Sequence record: NC_061440.1
DNA length: 64,000 bases
Strand: one strand, 5' to 3'
The notes under the pieces are model-generated. The model was not told the origin of the DNA and searched no databases. It saw only the letters and a program-made list of their open reading frames with translations. The position numbers and the translations under genes were made by a program. This document shows, in pieces, positions 18,153 through 27,303 of the stretch. The number at the start of each line of letters is the position of its first letter. Within the stretch, counting starts at the first letter, position 1.

Positions 18153-18201
18153 AAAGACGAACGCTAGACAGTCGTTTAGCTACTTACATGAGGATATGTA
18201 T

Positions 18202-18531
18202 ATGAAAAAGTCAAAAGTTGAAGTTGTTGCGCCAACAATCGAAGGTCGCATTTTTACTCTGTACGGTGTTGGTCCTGTGCCTGACGAATCGACCACACCA
18301 TTCGCAGGTCGTGATTCATTCTTACCTCTGCTTCATAAAGTTCAGGAGAGTTCTAAGCTGGAACGTATTCGTGGTTTATCCTGTTGTCCGTATTGCCGAG
18401 AAACGATGATGCTCGGTGAATACACCAAAGACAACTGGCTGTGGTCATATTCATACCAACATATGATCGAACACCACAACGTAACGCCGTCCGCAGAATT
18501 TATTGCATACGTCGAAGCCGCTTCCAAGTAA
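18202..18531 (+). CDS. Hypothetical protein, possible Zn-binding (CPYC...H.IEHH)
   Basis: SD in a hexaloop-variant hairpin TACAT-GAGGAT-ATGTA (18185-18200). Confidence 0.7.
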   Translation: MKKSKVEVVAPTIEGRIFTLYGVGPVPDESTTPFAGRDSFLPLLHKVQESSKLERIRGLSCCPYCRETMMLGEYTKDNWLWSYSYQHMIEHHNVTPSAEFIAYVEAASK

Positions 18532-18551
18532 CCTGAACTCCGCATGAGGAC

Positions 18552-20048
18552 ATGAATATGAAAAACATTAAACACACTTTCCGACTGACAGACCTTGTAC
18601 GCATCTCCAAAACCCTGCTTCCTGGTCTGAATAAATCCACCGCAGGCCTTGAGGCGATTGTTGTTGGTCGCACCACAGGTCTTATGTACCAGTTACACAT
18701 TAAAGGTCAAGGTGAAGTAGACAACTTTTATCCACAGGAAACATTGAGTCTGATTAGCCACAACAACGGCGAACTGCTTGACCAGTGGGAAGCGGGTGAC
18801 TATGGCCGTGACAAGAAAAAGAAACGCAAGATCCCAAAAGAACTGCGTAACTTCACGGCAATCCTGCCTGTGACCTGCAATGCCGATTGTTCGTTCTGTC
18901 CTGAGAAAGAGATGGAGCAGAAAGCCAACCAGAAAGAGTGGCAAGATGGTTTGATTGCCGAGATCAAACGCATGTACAAGAAAACGAAGTTCGACCACGT
19001 ATCAATCAGCGGCGGCGAACCGACGTTGCGTACAAAGTTCCTGTTCGAAACGATCGACCGTATTCAGAAAGAAACGCCGATCAAGAAAGTCGGTCTGACT
19101 TCTAACGGTCAGTTCCTTGAGAAACCAAACAGCACGTTCGACTTCTTAGACCGTAACACTGCGCCTGAGATGACCAGCAAGCTGTCGCATCTGAATATCA
19201 GTATGCACTCGTTCAACCGTGACCTTGCAAACAAGATCATGGGTGTGAACTACAAACAGACCCTGGAAGATTTAGTTCGCTTCCGCCGCCAGCTCGGCCG
19301 TGACGTTAGTTTCCACATTAACTTCGTGATCAATGACCAGACTGGTTCGATTACGGAAGAGTTCAAACGCGCCGCTAACTTCATGCGAGCCAACCCGTTC
19401 ATCGACGTTGTGTTCCGTGTTGACTACAACGATGTTGAACTGTCTAAGGCTCTGCGTGATTACGCTATGGAATATGAAGCGTATCTGACTAAGCTGCGTG
19501 ATAATGCGAAGCGCCCTAAGAAGGGAATCATTCGTGAGCCGAAAGCACCGCATATCGTTCAGAAGTTTGATCGCTTCTTCGGTGGCCAGAACCTTGAAGA
19601 CGTTGAGAGCGCTTGGACTACAGGTTGCCCGTCATGCTTCACTCATGCGTCGAACCCTGTCAATAACAGTCGTGCGTATTTGAAAGCGTCCTCGTATGAA
19701 CCGAACGACGACGAAGAAGAATACACTGAGCTGGTGTACCACATGGACGGCGCTCTGTATTGGGATTGGACTCGCAATGACCCAGTAGCACTGCCGCGCT
19801 CAAAACGTTTCGACTTCGAAATGAAAGAAGAAGACTCTGTTACTGAGGGTCGCTGTTCATTCGGACCTGCTGCACCTCATCATTGTTCGTATGATTCAAC
19901 TGGTACAACGGTCGCACCAAAAGCTGTGAAGAAACCTAAGAAGGTGGCACCTGCTAAGAAAGCGAAGAAAGTGGGTGGAAAAGTTTCGAGCGTTCCTGGT
20001 GCTGCACCTGGTGTTTGTGGCTACGGCAATAGTCGTTGTGGTTATTAA
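18552..20048 (+). CDS. Radical SAM protein with an N-terminal SH3-like domain and a Cys/Gly-rich tail
   Basis: CNADCSFC (18876-18899), SISGGEPT, LTSNG, LNISMHS. Confidence 0.9.
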   Translation: MNMKNIKHTFRLTDLVRISKTLLPGLNKSTAGLEAIVVGRTTGLMYQLHIKGQGEVDNFYPQETLSLISHNNGELLDQWEAGDYGRDKKKKRKIPKELRNFTAILPVTCNADCSFCPEKEMEQKANQKEWQDGLIAEIKRMYKKTKFDHVSISGGEPTLRTKFLFETIDRIQKETPIKKVGLTSNGQFLEKPNSTFDFLDRNTAPEMTSKLSHLNISMHSFNRDLANKIMGVNYKQTLEDLVRFRRQLGRDVSFHINFVINDQTGSITEEFKRAANFMRANPFIDVVFRVDYNDVELSKALRDYAMEYEAYLTKLRDNAKRPKKGIIREPKAPHIVQKFDRFFGGQNLEDVESAWTTGCPSCFTHASNPVNNSRAYLKASSYEPNDDEEEYTELVYHMDGALYWDWTRNDPVALPRSKRFDFEMKEEDSVTEGRCSFGPAAPHHCSYDSTGTTVAPKAVKKPKKVAPAKKAKKVGGKVSSVPGAAPGVCGYGNSRCGY

Positions 20049-20061
20049 GAGGAAAAATGAA

Positions 20062-20424
20062 ATGAATGAACGTCGCAACTATTACTATGACAGTCCGTTC
20101 TACTACGGACTGATCACTTGGCGCAAACGCCTGTTCATCGTCGTGGCCTTCTTTGTCTTCATCGTAATGTTTCATGCAGACAAACCTCCAGTCGTACACA
20201 ATCAGTGGACGATAACTGCCATTATCTCTGGCCTGATGTTTGCTTTCTGCTATATAAGAATGCGTATCTATGAAACGTATCTACTGGAGGCGATGGGTCC
20301 ATTAGACAACAACACGGTTATCGGTAGCCTATCCTTCGAAGGACTTGAGCGCCGTCACGAACTTTGGTATGAAAAGAAGTTCGGACACAAGCCACCTAAG
20401 ACTAACACATGGAGCATCGACTAA
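20062..20424 (+). CDS. Membrane protein (2 predicted TM segments)
   Basis: LFIVVAFFVFIVMF and WTITAIISGLMFAFCYI. Confidence 0.7.
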   Translation: MNERRNYYYDSPFYYGLITWRKRLFIVVAFFVFIVMFHADKPPVVHNQWTITAIISGLMFAFCYIRMRIYETYLLEAMGPLDNNTVIGSLSFEGLERRHELWYEKKFGHKPPKTNTWSID

Positions 20425-20801
20425 TGGCACTCATGTTTACTGAGAAGCATCGCAAGCAGTTTGGTCGTGACAGCAAAGACCCGCAGTATCATGGTGATGC
20501 GTGTGAGGCAGTCTACAATCACGGCATGGAATTGTTGCGTGAGTACAAACGTCTGGCGTTGCTCATCGGCGCGAAGCGTAGAACGCGCATTGATAAAGGC
20601 GCGCCTATAACCAAGTGCTTCCGCAAGCAGTGGATTGAAGACAAGAAGCTGGCGAACGAAGACACGCGCCCTATCGACGTGTTGATTGCTCGCTTTAAAG
20701 AAGTAGCTGTGTTATTGAAACTGGCGCGTATGAACTACACGGACCTGCATACTCGTCGTCACGGTTTTACTCGTCCTAGCTACTTCCACTGGAGAGACTG
20801 A
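20424..20801 (+). CDS. Basic hypothetical protein
   Basis: ORF coupled to the upstream stop by a TAATG overlap. Confidence 0.7.
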   Translation: MALMFTEKHRKQFGRDSKDPQYHGDACEAVYNHGMELLREYKRLALLIGAKRRTRIDKGAPITKCFRKQWIEDKKLANEDTRPIDVLIARFKEVAVLLKLARMNYTDLHTRRHGFTRPSYFHWRD

Positions 20802-20802
20802 T

Positions 20803-21228
20803 ATGGCCAAGCATCATACCTTTCGTTTGAATGACCTGTGCGCTATTATGCCTAAGCGCGGTGTGCATGGTCCTCAGCAGGGTGAGCACGTTGTCATCGT
20901 TGGTCGCCATCCCGATCTGAATGAGTACACCATCTACTATAAAGATGGTCTGTATGGTTGGTTCAAAGCCGAAGACCTTGCGCTCGTTAGACACGATGCC
21001 CACGAACAACTCGAATTGTGGGAAGACGCATACAATGAACGCTGTGCGCTCGACCGTGAGCAGGATGATGAAGTCCAGATGCGTGAGCTTGACGCAATCG
21101 CTGCGAAGCTGGACTTGTCAGATGCAGGCAAATGTTGCGAGTGCGGAAAAGACCTCGATCCCGAAGACGGTGCAGATGATACGATGTGTCTGACCTGTCG
21201 CTGCGATGTAGATTTTGGAGATAGATAA
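20803..21228 (+). CDS. SH3-like domain plus C-terminal Zn finger
   Basis: N-terminus homologous to the radical SAM N-terminus; CCEC...CLTC. Confidence 0.7.
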   Translation: MAKHHTFRLNDLCAIMPKRGVHGPQQGEHVVIVGRHPDLNEYTIYYKDGLYGWFKAEDLALVRHDAHEQLELWEDAYNERCALDREQDDEVQMRELDAIAAKLDLSDAGKCCECGKDLDPEDGADDTMCLTCRCDVDFGDR

Positions 21229-21491
21229 TGGCTGTAGGCTTTGTAAAAGATGATGGCGTTAACGATACCATCGAAGCTAACCTGAACAACGAGATTGACC
21301 GCGCCCGTGCTGAACTGCTAGGCAAAGGCACCACGCACTGCATCAACCCTGAGTGTGGTGCAGAGATTCCACTGATGCGCCGTGTCGCTATGCCGAATGC
21401 TCGTTACTGTGTGGCCTGTCAATCAAGCCACGATGGTTCGGCTGTTAGCCACTACAATCGTCGTGGCTCAAAAGATTCTCAATTGAGGTAG
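21228..21491 (+). CDS. ybiI: DksA/TraR C4-type zinc finger protein, YbiI-like
   Basis: C..PEC...IP..RR.A.P....C..CQ; C-terminus YNRRGSKDSQLR as I recall for E. coli YbiI. Confidence 0.9.
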   Translation: MAVGFVKDDGVNDTIEANLNNEIDRARAELLGKGTTHCINPECGAEIPLMRRVAMPNARYCVACQSSHDGSAVSHYNRRGSKDSQLR

Positions 21492-21494
21492 TTA

Positions 21495-21719
21495 ATGGAT
21501 ATTAAAGCTAACCCCGAAGTTACATACACGCTTGAAGGATTCTTCCCTGATAGAAACATCTGGGTGATCATTCATTCCGGTCTTAAAGAAAAGGTTGAGA
21601 TCTCTGAGTTGTTAGACCAGTTGAAGATTGATCCGAAGTGCCCACGTAGTCCTGCCACTGCGTTTCGTATGGTGCAGGTAACACGCGACGTTGTTCAATT
21701 CATGGAGGTTATTAAATGA
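21495..21719 (+). CDS. Hypothetical protein, paralog of the C-terminal domain of ORF 22559
   Basis: VTYTLEGF.P..N.W...SGL. Confidence 0.7.
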   Translation: MDIKANPEVTYTLEGFFPDRNIWVIIHSGLKEKVEISELLDQLKIDPKCPRSPATAFRMVQVTRDVVQFMEVIK

Positions 21720-21859
21720 ATGATGAAGAACGTAAAGAACCGTACTCACGTTGCGAAGACTGCCGTACACCTCTAGCAGAGGATGAAGTGTACGGCGAGT
21801 GGGATGACCTGTGCGAAAATTGCTGTGCTGATCGTGAAGACGAAGGGGAGTCTACATAA
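21716..21859 (+). CDS. 47-aa Zn-ribbon protein (below the ORF-track cutoff)
   Basis: GGAGG RBS; MNDEERKEPYSRCEDC...LCENCC; ATGA and TAATG overlaps with both neighbours. Confidence 0.7.
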   Translation: MNDEERKEPYSRCEDCRTPLAEDEVYGEWDDLCENCCADREDEGEST

Positions 21860-22176
21860 TGCTGCGTAAACTTTGGGTAGCAATGGGATTCATCTTCCCT
21901 ACTGTCAAGGATGCACTGAATAGTGGTGAGCATTGCACTCGCATTGGCTATCGTAACTATTGCATACGAAGTGCCGGTGGCTTTGCAGAAGCCTTCTCCG
22001 ATCACCTGATTCAGTATCGCTCAAGCTCTATGTCTCTCGCACAAAACGAAGACAGGCACGAAGACGTGTTGAATAAAGCACGTCATCTGGAATATCCGTG
22101 CGTAATCTATTTCAACGACAACACGTTCAATTCTATTCCAGTAGAAGAACCTCGTTTAAGGTACCCGACGCCATGA
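21859..22176 (+). CDS. Hypothetical protein
   Basis: Coupled ORF. Confidence 0.65.
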   Translation: MLRKLWVAMGFIFPTVKDALNSGEHCTRIGYRNYCIRSAGGFAEAFSDHLIQYRSSSMSLAQNEDRHEDVLNKARHLEYPCVIYFNDNTFNSIPVEEPRLRYPTP

Positions 22177-22562
22177 AACGAATCAAACGTTTCTTCCGTG
22201 TAGTGTTTATACTACCGACTATCTTCTATCTTGTTTGTCAAATCATCGGCATCAAATTGTGGAAAGTAGTCCTCTGGTTCCGTATGCGTAAGTCTGATAA
22301 AGAGCTTGCGTATTTTCAGCACGAAGCTGATGTGCTTGAAGCATTGCTTAATCTTAGCACCGATAAGTGCGCACGTATCACTGTTTTGTTTGCGGAGTAC
22401 AAGAAGCCGCGGGGCTTATCGCACAATCTTGTTTACCTGTGGCCGAAAGCCTACTTGCATAAAGTTTTAAACAGCAAAGGCGTTGCCGTTGGTCCAGTTC
22501 CAAACTACACTGCCGCATTCACGCAGTTCTTGGACAAAGTTCAGCAGGAGAAGAAAGCATGA
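22173..22562 (+). CDS. Hypothetical protein with an N-terminal TM segment
   Basis: ATGA overlap; hydrophobic N-terminus. Confidence 0.65.
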   Translation: MKRIKRFFRVVFILPTIFYLVCQIIGIKLWKVVLWFRMRKSDKELAYFQHEADVLEALLNLSTDKCARITVLFAEYKKPRGLSHNLVYLWPKAYLHKVLNSKGVAVGPVPNYTAAFTQFLDKVQQEKKA

Positions 22563-23146
22563 AGCCTAACAAATGGAAAGTGAAGTTCACGCAGAAAGAC
22601 AAACCTACCAATACGTTCGAGGCTGTGTATACCAGTCAGGACGAATTTGAGCACTGGGCTAAGATCCACCACGACGGTGGCTTCCTTGTGGAAGTCGAAG
22701 CGTTTGCTGTTGTCGAAATTCCGGTGGCGACCGATTGGAAATACCCAGCGGCACCTAACCTGCATGAGATACCCCAGTTGTTCCACGTCAAGCACTACAC
22801 CGGCGATGAACAACCTTCACTTATCGGTATGCAGCGTTACTTCCATGTTGAAGGTGATCGCGAAGAAGTTGAAGACTTCGCCACGTTGCTCAACACAATG
22901 ATCTATGCTGCGCGTAACTACGCAGAGCAGGGTGTGACATATACGGTTGAAGGTTATGTGCCGTCACAAAACGCATGGCTACCTGTGCAGTCTGGTCTGC
23001 CTACGCTGCAAGAAGTTGAGAACTTCCTTGTGACGATTCGTGGTAGCAAGCCAGGTCCATTCAACCCTGTAACTAAGGTTCGCCTTGTTCGTTACGTGCG
23101 TGAAGTGGGTGAAGAAATAACTGACATGGGAAAGCATGTACTATGA
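22559..23146 (+). CDS. Hypothetical protein
   Basis: Coupled ORF. Confidence 0.75.
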   Translation: MKPNKWKVKFTQKDKPTNTFEAVYTSQDEFEHWAKIHHDGGFLVEVEAFAVVEIPVATDWKYPAAPNLHEIPQLFHVKHYTGDEQPSLIGMQRYFHVEGDREEVEDFATLLNTMIYAARNYAEQGVTYTVEGYVPSQNAWLPVQSGLPTLQEVENFLVTIRGSKPGPFNPVTKVRLVRYVREVGEEITDMGKHVL

Positions 23147-23379
23147 CAGATGAAGAATACCAGCGCTTCATTCAGCGTATCGCCGAACGCGGCGCGGAGC
23201 GTATGACTCCGCAAGAACTGGAAAGTCTGCGCTTTAAGTTGCGTGTCAATCAACCTGAGCGTCCTCTGCCCGATACGCACACGATGCCTGACTCTAAGTT
23301 TGACACGCATCGTATCGACCCGAGCACCGACATGACCGTCGGTGATATCAAACATCACTTTCCACCAAAAGGCAATTGA
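23143..23379 (+). CDS. Hypothetical protein
   Basis: Coupled ORF. Confidence 0.7.
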   Translation: MTDEEYQRFIQRIAERGAERMTPQELESLRFKLRVNQPERPLPDTHTMPDSKFDTHRIDPSTDMTVGDIKHHFPPKGN

Positions 23380-23380
23380 G

Positions 23381-23713
23381 ATGGAAAAGGTAACCAATGC
23401 TGTAAATGCAGTATGCGGTAAGTTCGTGCTGCCAATCTATATCGGCGAATCCGACATGAACCCGTACATAGGCAAGGCGTTCTGGGATAGTCTGGTCTTG
23501 CGTGACGATCTGTTCAAAGAACCAGAAACTCGTCAAGTCATTCACAACGACGAGCGTATGAACCGCACCGAGTTTATTCGCGTGTCAACTGTCTATGATG
23601 TTGTGCAGGCGTTGAAGCGCTGCCGCAGTTATATCCGCTACTTCGAGTATATCAGTGACGAAGACATTGATATCCTGGTTGAAGCGCTCGAACATTACAT
23701 CGACGAAGAATGA
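23381..23713 (+). CDS. Hypothetical protein
   Basis: ORF. Confidence 0.7.
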   Translation: MEKVTNAVNAVCGKFVLPIYIGESDMNPYIGKAFWDSLVLRDDLFKEPETRQVIHNDERMNRTEFIRVSTVYDVVQALKRCRSYIRYFEYISDEDIDILVEALEHYIDEE

Positions 23714-23729
23714 TAGATCAGGAGACGTT

Positions 23730-24353
23730 ATGAATAACATCATTCAATTTCTCATGGATGAGAACGAAGTGCAAGACGCACTCACCTCGTATCACACCGA
23801 CCCTACCGATGAAAACAAACGTCGTGTGATTGAAACGATTTTGAGTGAGTCTAAACACGCACCAAAACCAGACATTGAATCTGAGGCGCATCGCATTATA
23901 TTTGTGCCGTCCGTAACTACGCTGAGGAGTGAGCCTGCTGTTACGCAATATGCTTCTTTCAGCGGTGAGATTGACAAGATGCTTATGGCCACTGCTAAAT
24001 TGGCTAAGCGCGTTGTAGACAAAATTCATGAAGCAGGTAGTTCCGCTGTGTTTGTTCGCTTCGATCCAGAAGAATGGTATTCTTATCGCATTCCTATTCT
24101 TTGGGGATTCTACGATCTGGCGTTAGAAGCGAAAACGCTGGACGGGATTGATTCATCCATGCGCGACCTCATGCGCAAGGTAGGCAATCTGCCTTTGGAT
24201 GAAGATGTAGAAGGCTTCTACGGAAGGATTAATCGTTATGTGACTGAGGGAGAGCATGAAGGCTGTCTGCGCTCCATCACTCAAATGGTGGACACTAAGT
24301 TCACGCGCAACTTACCTCAAACCGAAACCGAAGAAGAAGGTGAAGAAGAATGA
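23730..24353 (+). CDS. Hypothetical protein
   Basis: AGGAG RBS. Confidence 0.75.
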   Translation: MNNIIQFLMDENEVQDALTSYHTDPTDENKRRVIETILSESKHAPKPDIESEAHRIIFVPSVTTLRSEPAVTQYASFSGEIDKMLMATAKLAKRVVDKIHEAGSSAVFVRFDPEEWYSYRIPILWGFYDLALEAKTLDGIDSSMRDLMRKVGNLPLDEDVEGFYGRINRYVTEGEHEGCLRSITQMVDTKFTRNLPQTETEEEGEEE

Positions 24354-24721
24354 TCAGACAAATGCCAAAGCAGATCTCGACTAAAGAGTTCAGCTTATCT
24401 ATTGACGGCTTCGCGGCTAAACTCAATCTCGAAAACTACACGGCAATCGTTCGTGGTAAGTGGCGTTTGCTTCGTGGTACAGACACAAGCGGTAACTTCA
24501 CGACCGTACTCATCGGTCCGTATGCAGTGTCGCCTGACCTGACCGGTTATCAGATTCTCATTGCCGCAGGTTATCAGCCTGTAGATGCGATGCAGGCGCT
24601 CGGTCTCGATCACAAACATCTGCGCACCATGCAGAAAGAACACCGTAAGCGCGTAGCTCAATCGAAAGCAGCACCACGCCGTGGCAACACTAACTCACTT
24701 GACGATCTCCAGGGGAAGTAA
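24350..24721 (+). CDS. Hypothetical protein
   Basis: Coupled ORF. Confidence 0.7.
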   Translation: MIRQMPKQISTKEFSLSIDGFAAKLNLENYTAIVRGKWRLLRGTDTSGNFTTVLIGPYAVSPDLTGYQILIAAGYQPVDAMQALGLDHKHLRTMQKEHRKRVAQSKAAPRRGNTNSLDDLQGK

Positions 24722-24722
24722 C

Positions 24723-25466
24723 ATGAAACAGTTATTCGTAGGCAGTCACCCAAACACCGTTCGCTTTTCTGACCTCGATGGTCGTGACCGTATCTGTGAG
24801 ATTCGTGCCATGATCGCTGACGCGTATCGCATGTTGCGTGATTCAATTGGCGAACAGGCGAAGAACGAAACGAATACTTTCCACGGTCCGTGGCTTGTGT
24901 TTCGTAATCTCATGAACGATCACCCTGCTGCCTGTCTGGAAGAGTTCCGCCATGCCTCTATCTACTTCGATGCAGATACAGAAGGCAAGGTAACTGAGAT
25001 TGCTGACCTGATTGAACAGCATATCGAACTGACCCGCCAATCGATCTGTTTGAAAGGCGCTAATCAACATCAGGCCGATGCAATGATTGGTATTGCAAGC
25101 ACTGGTGGACGAATCGAAACGACTGTTATGCAGGGTCTGGGAAAAACACGCCAGAACAACCCGCACCGCACTTTGGCCGAAGACCTGCGTAAGTACCTCA
25201 ACAAGTTCAAAGACAATGACGGTACCTTTGACTTGTGTACCTTGTTGACTAAGCTCTACGGTAAACCTTCGTTCGACACGTATGCTGATAGTACGGTAGA
25301 TGAGATGTTTGACGAAACGTGTCAGGCAATTCAAAGTGCGAATGAGCCTATCGATCAGGTATATGATGTGGTGTGTCGTGCAATCCTTTCGTTCGGTCTG
25401 CCTGCTATGCCAGCAGACAGTGATGACCAGGCGGCTGATGATGAAAACTTTGCTCTCCGCGGTTAA
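24723..25466 (+). CDS. Hypothetical protein
   Basis: ORF. Confidence 0.75.
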   Translation: MKQLFVGSHPNTVRFSDLDGRDRICEIRAMIADAYRMLRDSIGEQAKNETNTFHGPWLVFRNLMNDHPAACLEEFRHASIYFDADTEGKVTEIADLIEQHIELTRQSICLKGANQHQADAMIGIASTGGRIETTVMQGLGKTRQNNPHRTLAEDLRKYLNKFKDNDGTFDLCTLLTKLYGKPSFDTYADSTVDEMFDETCQAIQSANEPIDQVYDVVCRAILSFGLPAMPADSDDQAADDENFALRG

Positions 25467-25644
25467 AATCTATTGGCGTGAAGCGATGATACTGGCTGTG
25501 CTCGTTGTCATCGCTGTCGCTCTCCCTTTCTTAGAAGTACGCAACCCAGTTCTGGTGATGCTTGTTGCTGTCATCGTCGCTGCGTACTTCATTGCTACTT
25601 GGGCATGTAAGCCTGTATACGGATCAGACGATGAAAAAGAATGA
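25438..25644 (+). CDS. Small two-TM membrane protein
   Basis: ILAVLVVIAVALPFL and VLVMLVAVIVAAYFIATW. Confidence 0.65.
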   Translation: MMKTLLSAVKIYWREAMILAVLVVIAVALPFLEVRNPVLVMLVAVIVAAYFIATWACKPVYGSDDEKE

Positions 25645-26182
25645 AATCAAACTGAGTACCGCAGACATTGCAGCAGGTATCATCTGCATTAACGAAGCTC
25701 TGGCCAAACACGGCCTGTCGTGTGCAGAAGGTGATGTTGGTTACGAAACAGTGTACACCGATGATCACGGTGAAACACAGGGAGGCTGGTACGCTGAGTT
25801 CGATAAGAAGTCCCGTGACAAGCTGCGTGAATCAAAACAGGTGTCATGGCGTAACTGTGGTATGTTGAGCGGCGATACGATTGACAGCATTCTACGCACA
25901 ATCGCCAGCCTCAAGTTCCGCAACCACGCTAAAGAGCCTACGCCGTTGCAGTTGAAAATGGCGGAGAATGTTAAGAGCAAGGTCGAAGCAACTAAGGCAG
26001 CGCTTGAAGTGTACAACTCGGCAGCGCCTCTTTCTGACTCTGACCTGCGTTTGTGTATCGAGCACTTCCGTACTCTGGATAAAGCTGTGCAGGCAGACCC
26101 GATGCTTGCTCTGTGTAAGCTGCATGTAACACTCAATCTCGAAACACTCTTAGGCTACAAAGAAGCACGTAAGCGTAAGTAA
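25631..26182 (+). CDS. Hypothetical protein
   Basis: ORF. Confidence 0.7.
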   Translation: MKKNEIKLSTADIAAGIICINEALAKHGLSCAEGDVGYETVYTDDHGETQGGWYAEFDKKSRDKLRESKQVSWRNCGMLSGDTIDSILRTIASLKFRNHAKEPTPLQLKMAENVKSKVEATKAALEVYNSAAPLSDSDLRLCIEHFRTLDKAVQADPMLALCKLHVTLNLETLLGYKEARKRK

Positions 26183-26188
26183 CCAATC

Positions 26189-26214
26189 AGGGAGATCCCG
26201 CTAAGGATCTCCCT
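26189..26214 (+). terminator. Hairpin, possible terminator
   Basis: AGGGAGATCC-CGCTAA-GGATCTCCCT. Confidence 0.6.
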
Positions 26215-26237
26215 CTGTCATTTCTGGAGCATTTCTC

Positions 26238-27218
26238 ATGCGTTTTGGTTTCGCCTGCAAATTGCTTGACGCAAACAACAAACAGCCATTCACGAATAAG
26301 AGCCTTAGCTATAAACATTTCTCTGCGTTGTCTGCTGCTGACCAACATACGAAACTGTTGGAAGTTGTCACGCATAACCTGACTTCATTGCTTGATATGA
26401 TCAAGCACGTTGGTCGTCTGCGTACAGACCTGCGCATGTTTCGAATCACCAGTGAATTGTTGCCTCTGTACACTCACCCTAAAGTGTTTCACATGTACAT
26501 GCGCCATGACGTTGTTACTATCACCGAATCGCTACTCGCCTTGTGTGGTGAAGCGGCTAGACGTCATGACGTGCGATTATCATTTCATCCAGGTCAGTTC
26601 ACGGTACTCGCATCTGATCGACCAGATGTTGTCCAGAACTCAATAGCCGAACTTGAGTATCATGCGTACTGTGCCTATCACATGGGGTATGGTCGCCGCT
26701 TCCAAGACTTCAAGATCAACATTCACCTTAGCGGTAGACTTGGCGCTTCGGGATTCAGGCAAGCGCATTCGAAACTTTCTGATCGCTGCCGGAACATGTT
26801 GACCGTAGAGAACGACGAAATCACTTCGAGCCTCGAAGATTGTTTAGCGCTGGCAGACATATGCCCGATCGTCCTCGACATTCATCATCACTGGGTAATG
26901 ACTAACGAATACATACAACCGACCGACGACCGTGTTCAGCGTGTCATTGATTCTTGGCGAGGCGTTCGACCTGCTGCTCACTACTCTGTGTCAAAGCCTG
27001 AGTTTGTACCATCGCGTGGACTGCCCGACCAGAACAAGCTGTCCGCTAATCGAATGCAGTTACGTGCTCATGCTGATTATTACCACAACGAAGACGTAAA
27101 CGAGTGGGCCACTAGTTTCACTGATTTTGACCTGATGTGTGAGTCAAAAGCGAAAAATAGGGCTAGACTGAAACTGGCGTGTTTTAGCGTCAACTCTGCA
27201 AATAATTGGACAAAATGA
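26238..27218 (+). CDS. uvsE: UV damage endonuclease (UVDE/UvsE)
   Basis: RFGFAC, FRITSELLP..THP, RLSFHPGQF, LTVENDE, VLDIHHH, HYS, AHADY, LMCESKAK. Confidence 0.95.
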   Translation: MRFGFACKLLDANNKQPFTNKSLSYKHFSALSAADQHTKLLEVVTHNLTSLLDMIKHVGRLRTDLRMFRITSELLPLYTHPKVFHMYMRHDVVTITESLLALCGEAARRHDVRLSFHPGQFTVLASDRPDVVQNSIAELEYHAYCAYHMGYGRRFQDFKINIHLSGRLGASGFRQAHSKLSDRCRNMLTVENDEITSSLEDCLALADICPIVLDIHHHWVMTNEYIQPTDDRVQRVIDSWRGVRPAAHYSVSKPEFVPSRGLPDQNKLSANRMQLRAHADYYHNEDVNEWATSFTDFDLMCESKAKNRARLKLACFSVNSANNWTK

Positions 27219-27251
27219 GGCTTGTTTACGAAGGTAGCCCTGTGATACACT
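27198..27251 (+). promoter_or_regulatory. Promoter: GCA-N7-GG box plus extended -10
   Basis: GCAAATAATTGGACAAAAT..TTGTTT..TGATACACT. Confidence 0.75.
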
Positions 27252-27303
27252 AGATATGAGCGTTATCGCTCGTATAACTAGACTGACACAAGGAAATAAG
27301 ACA

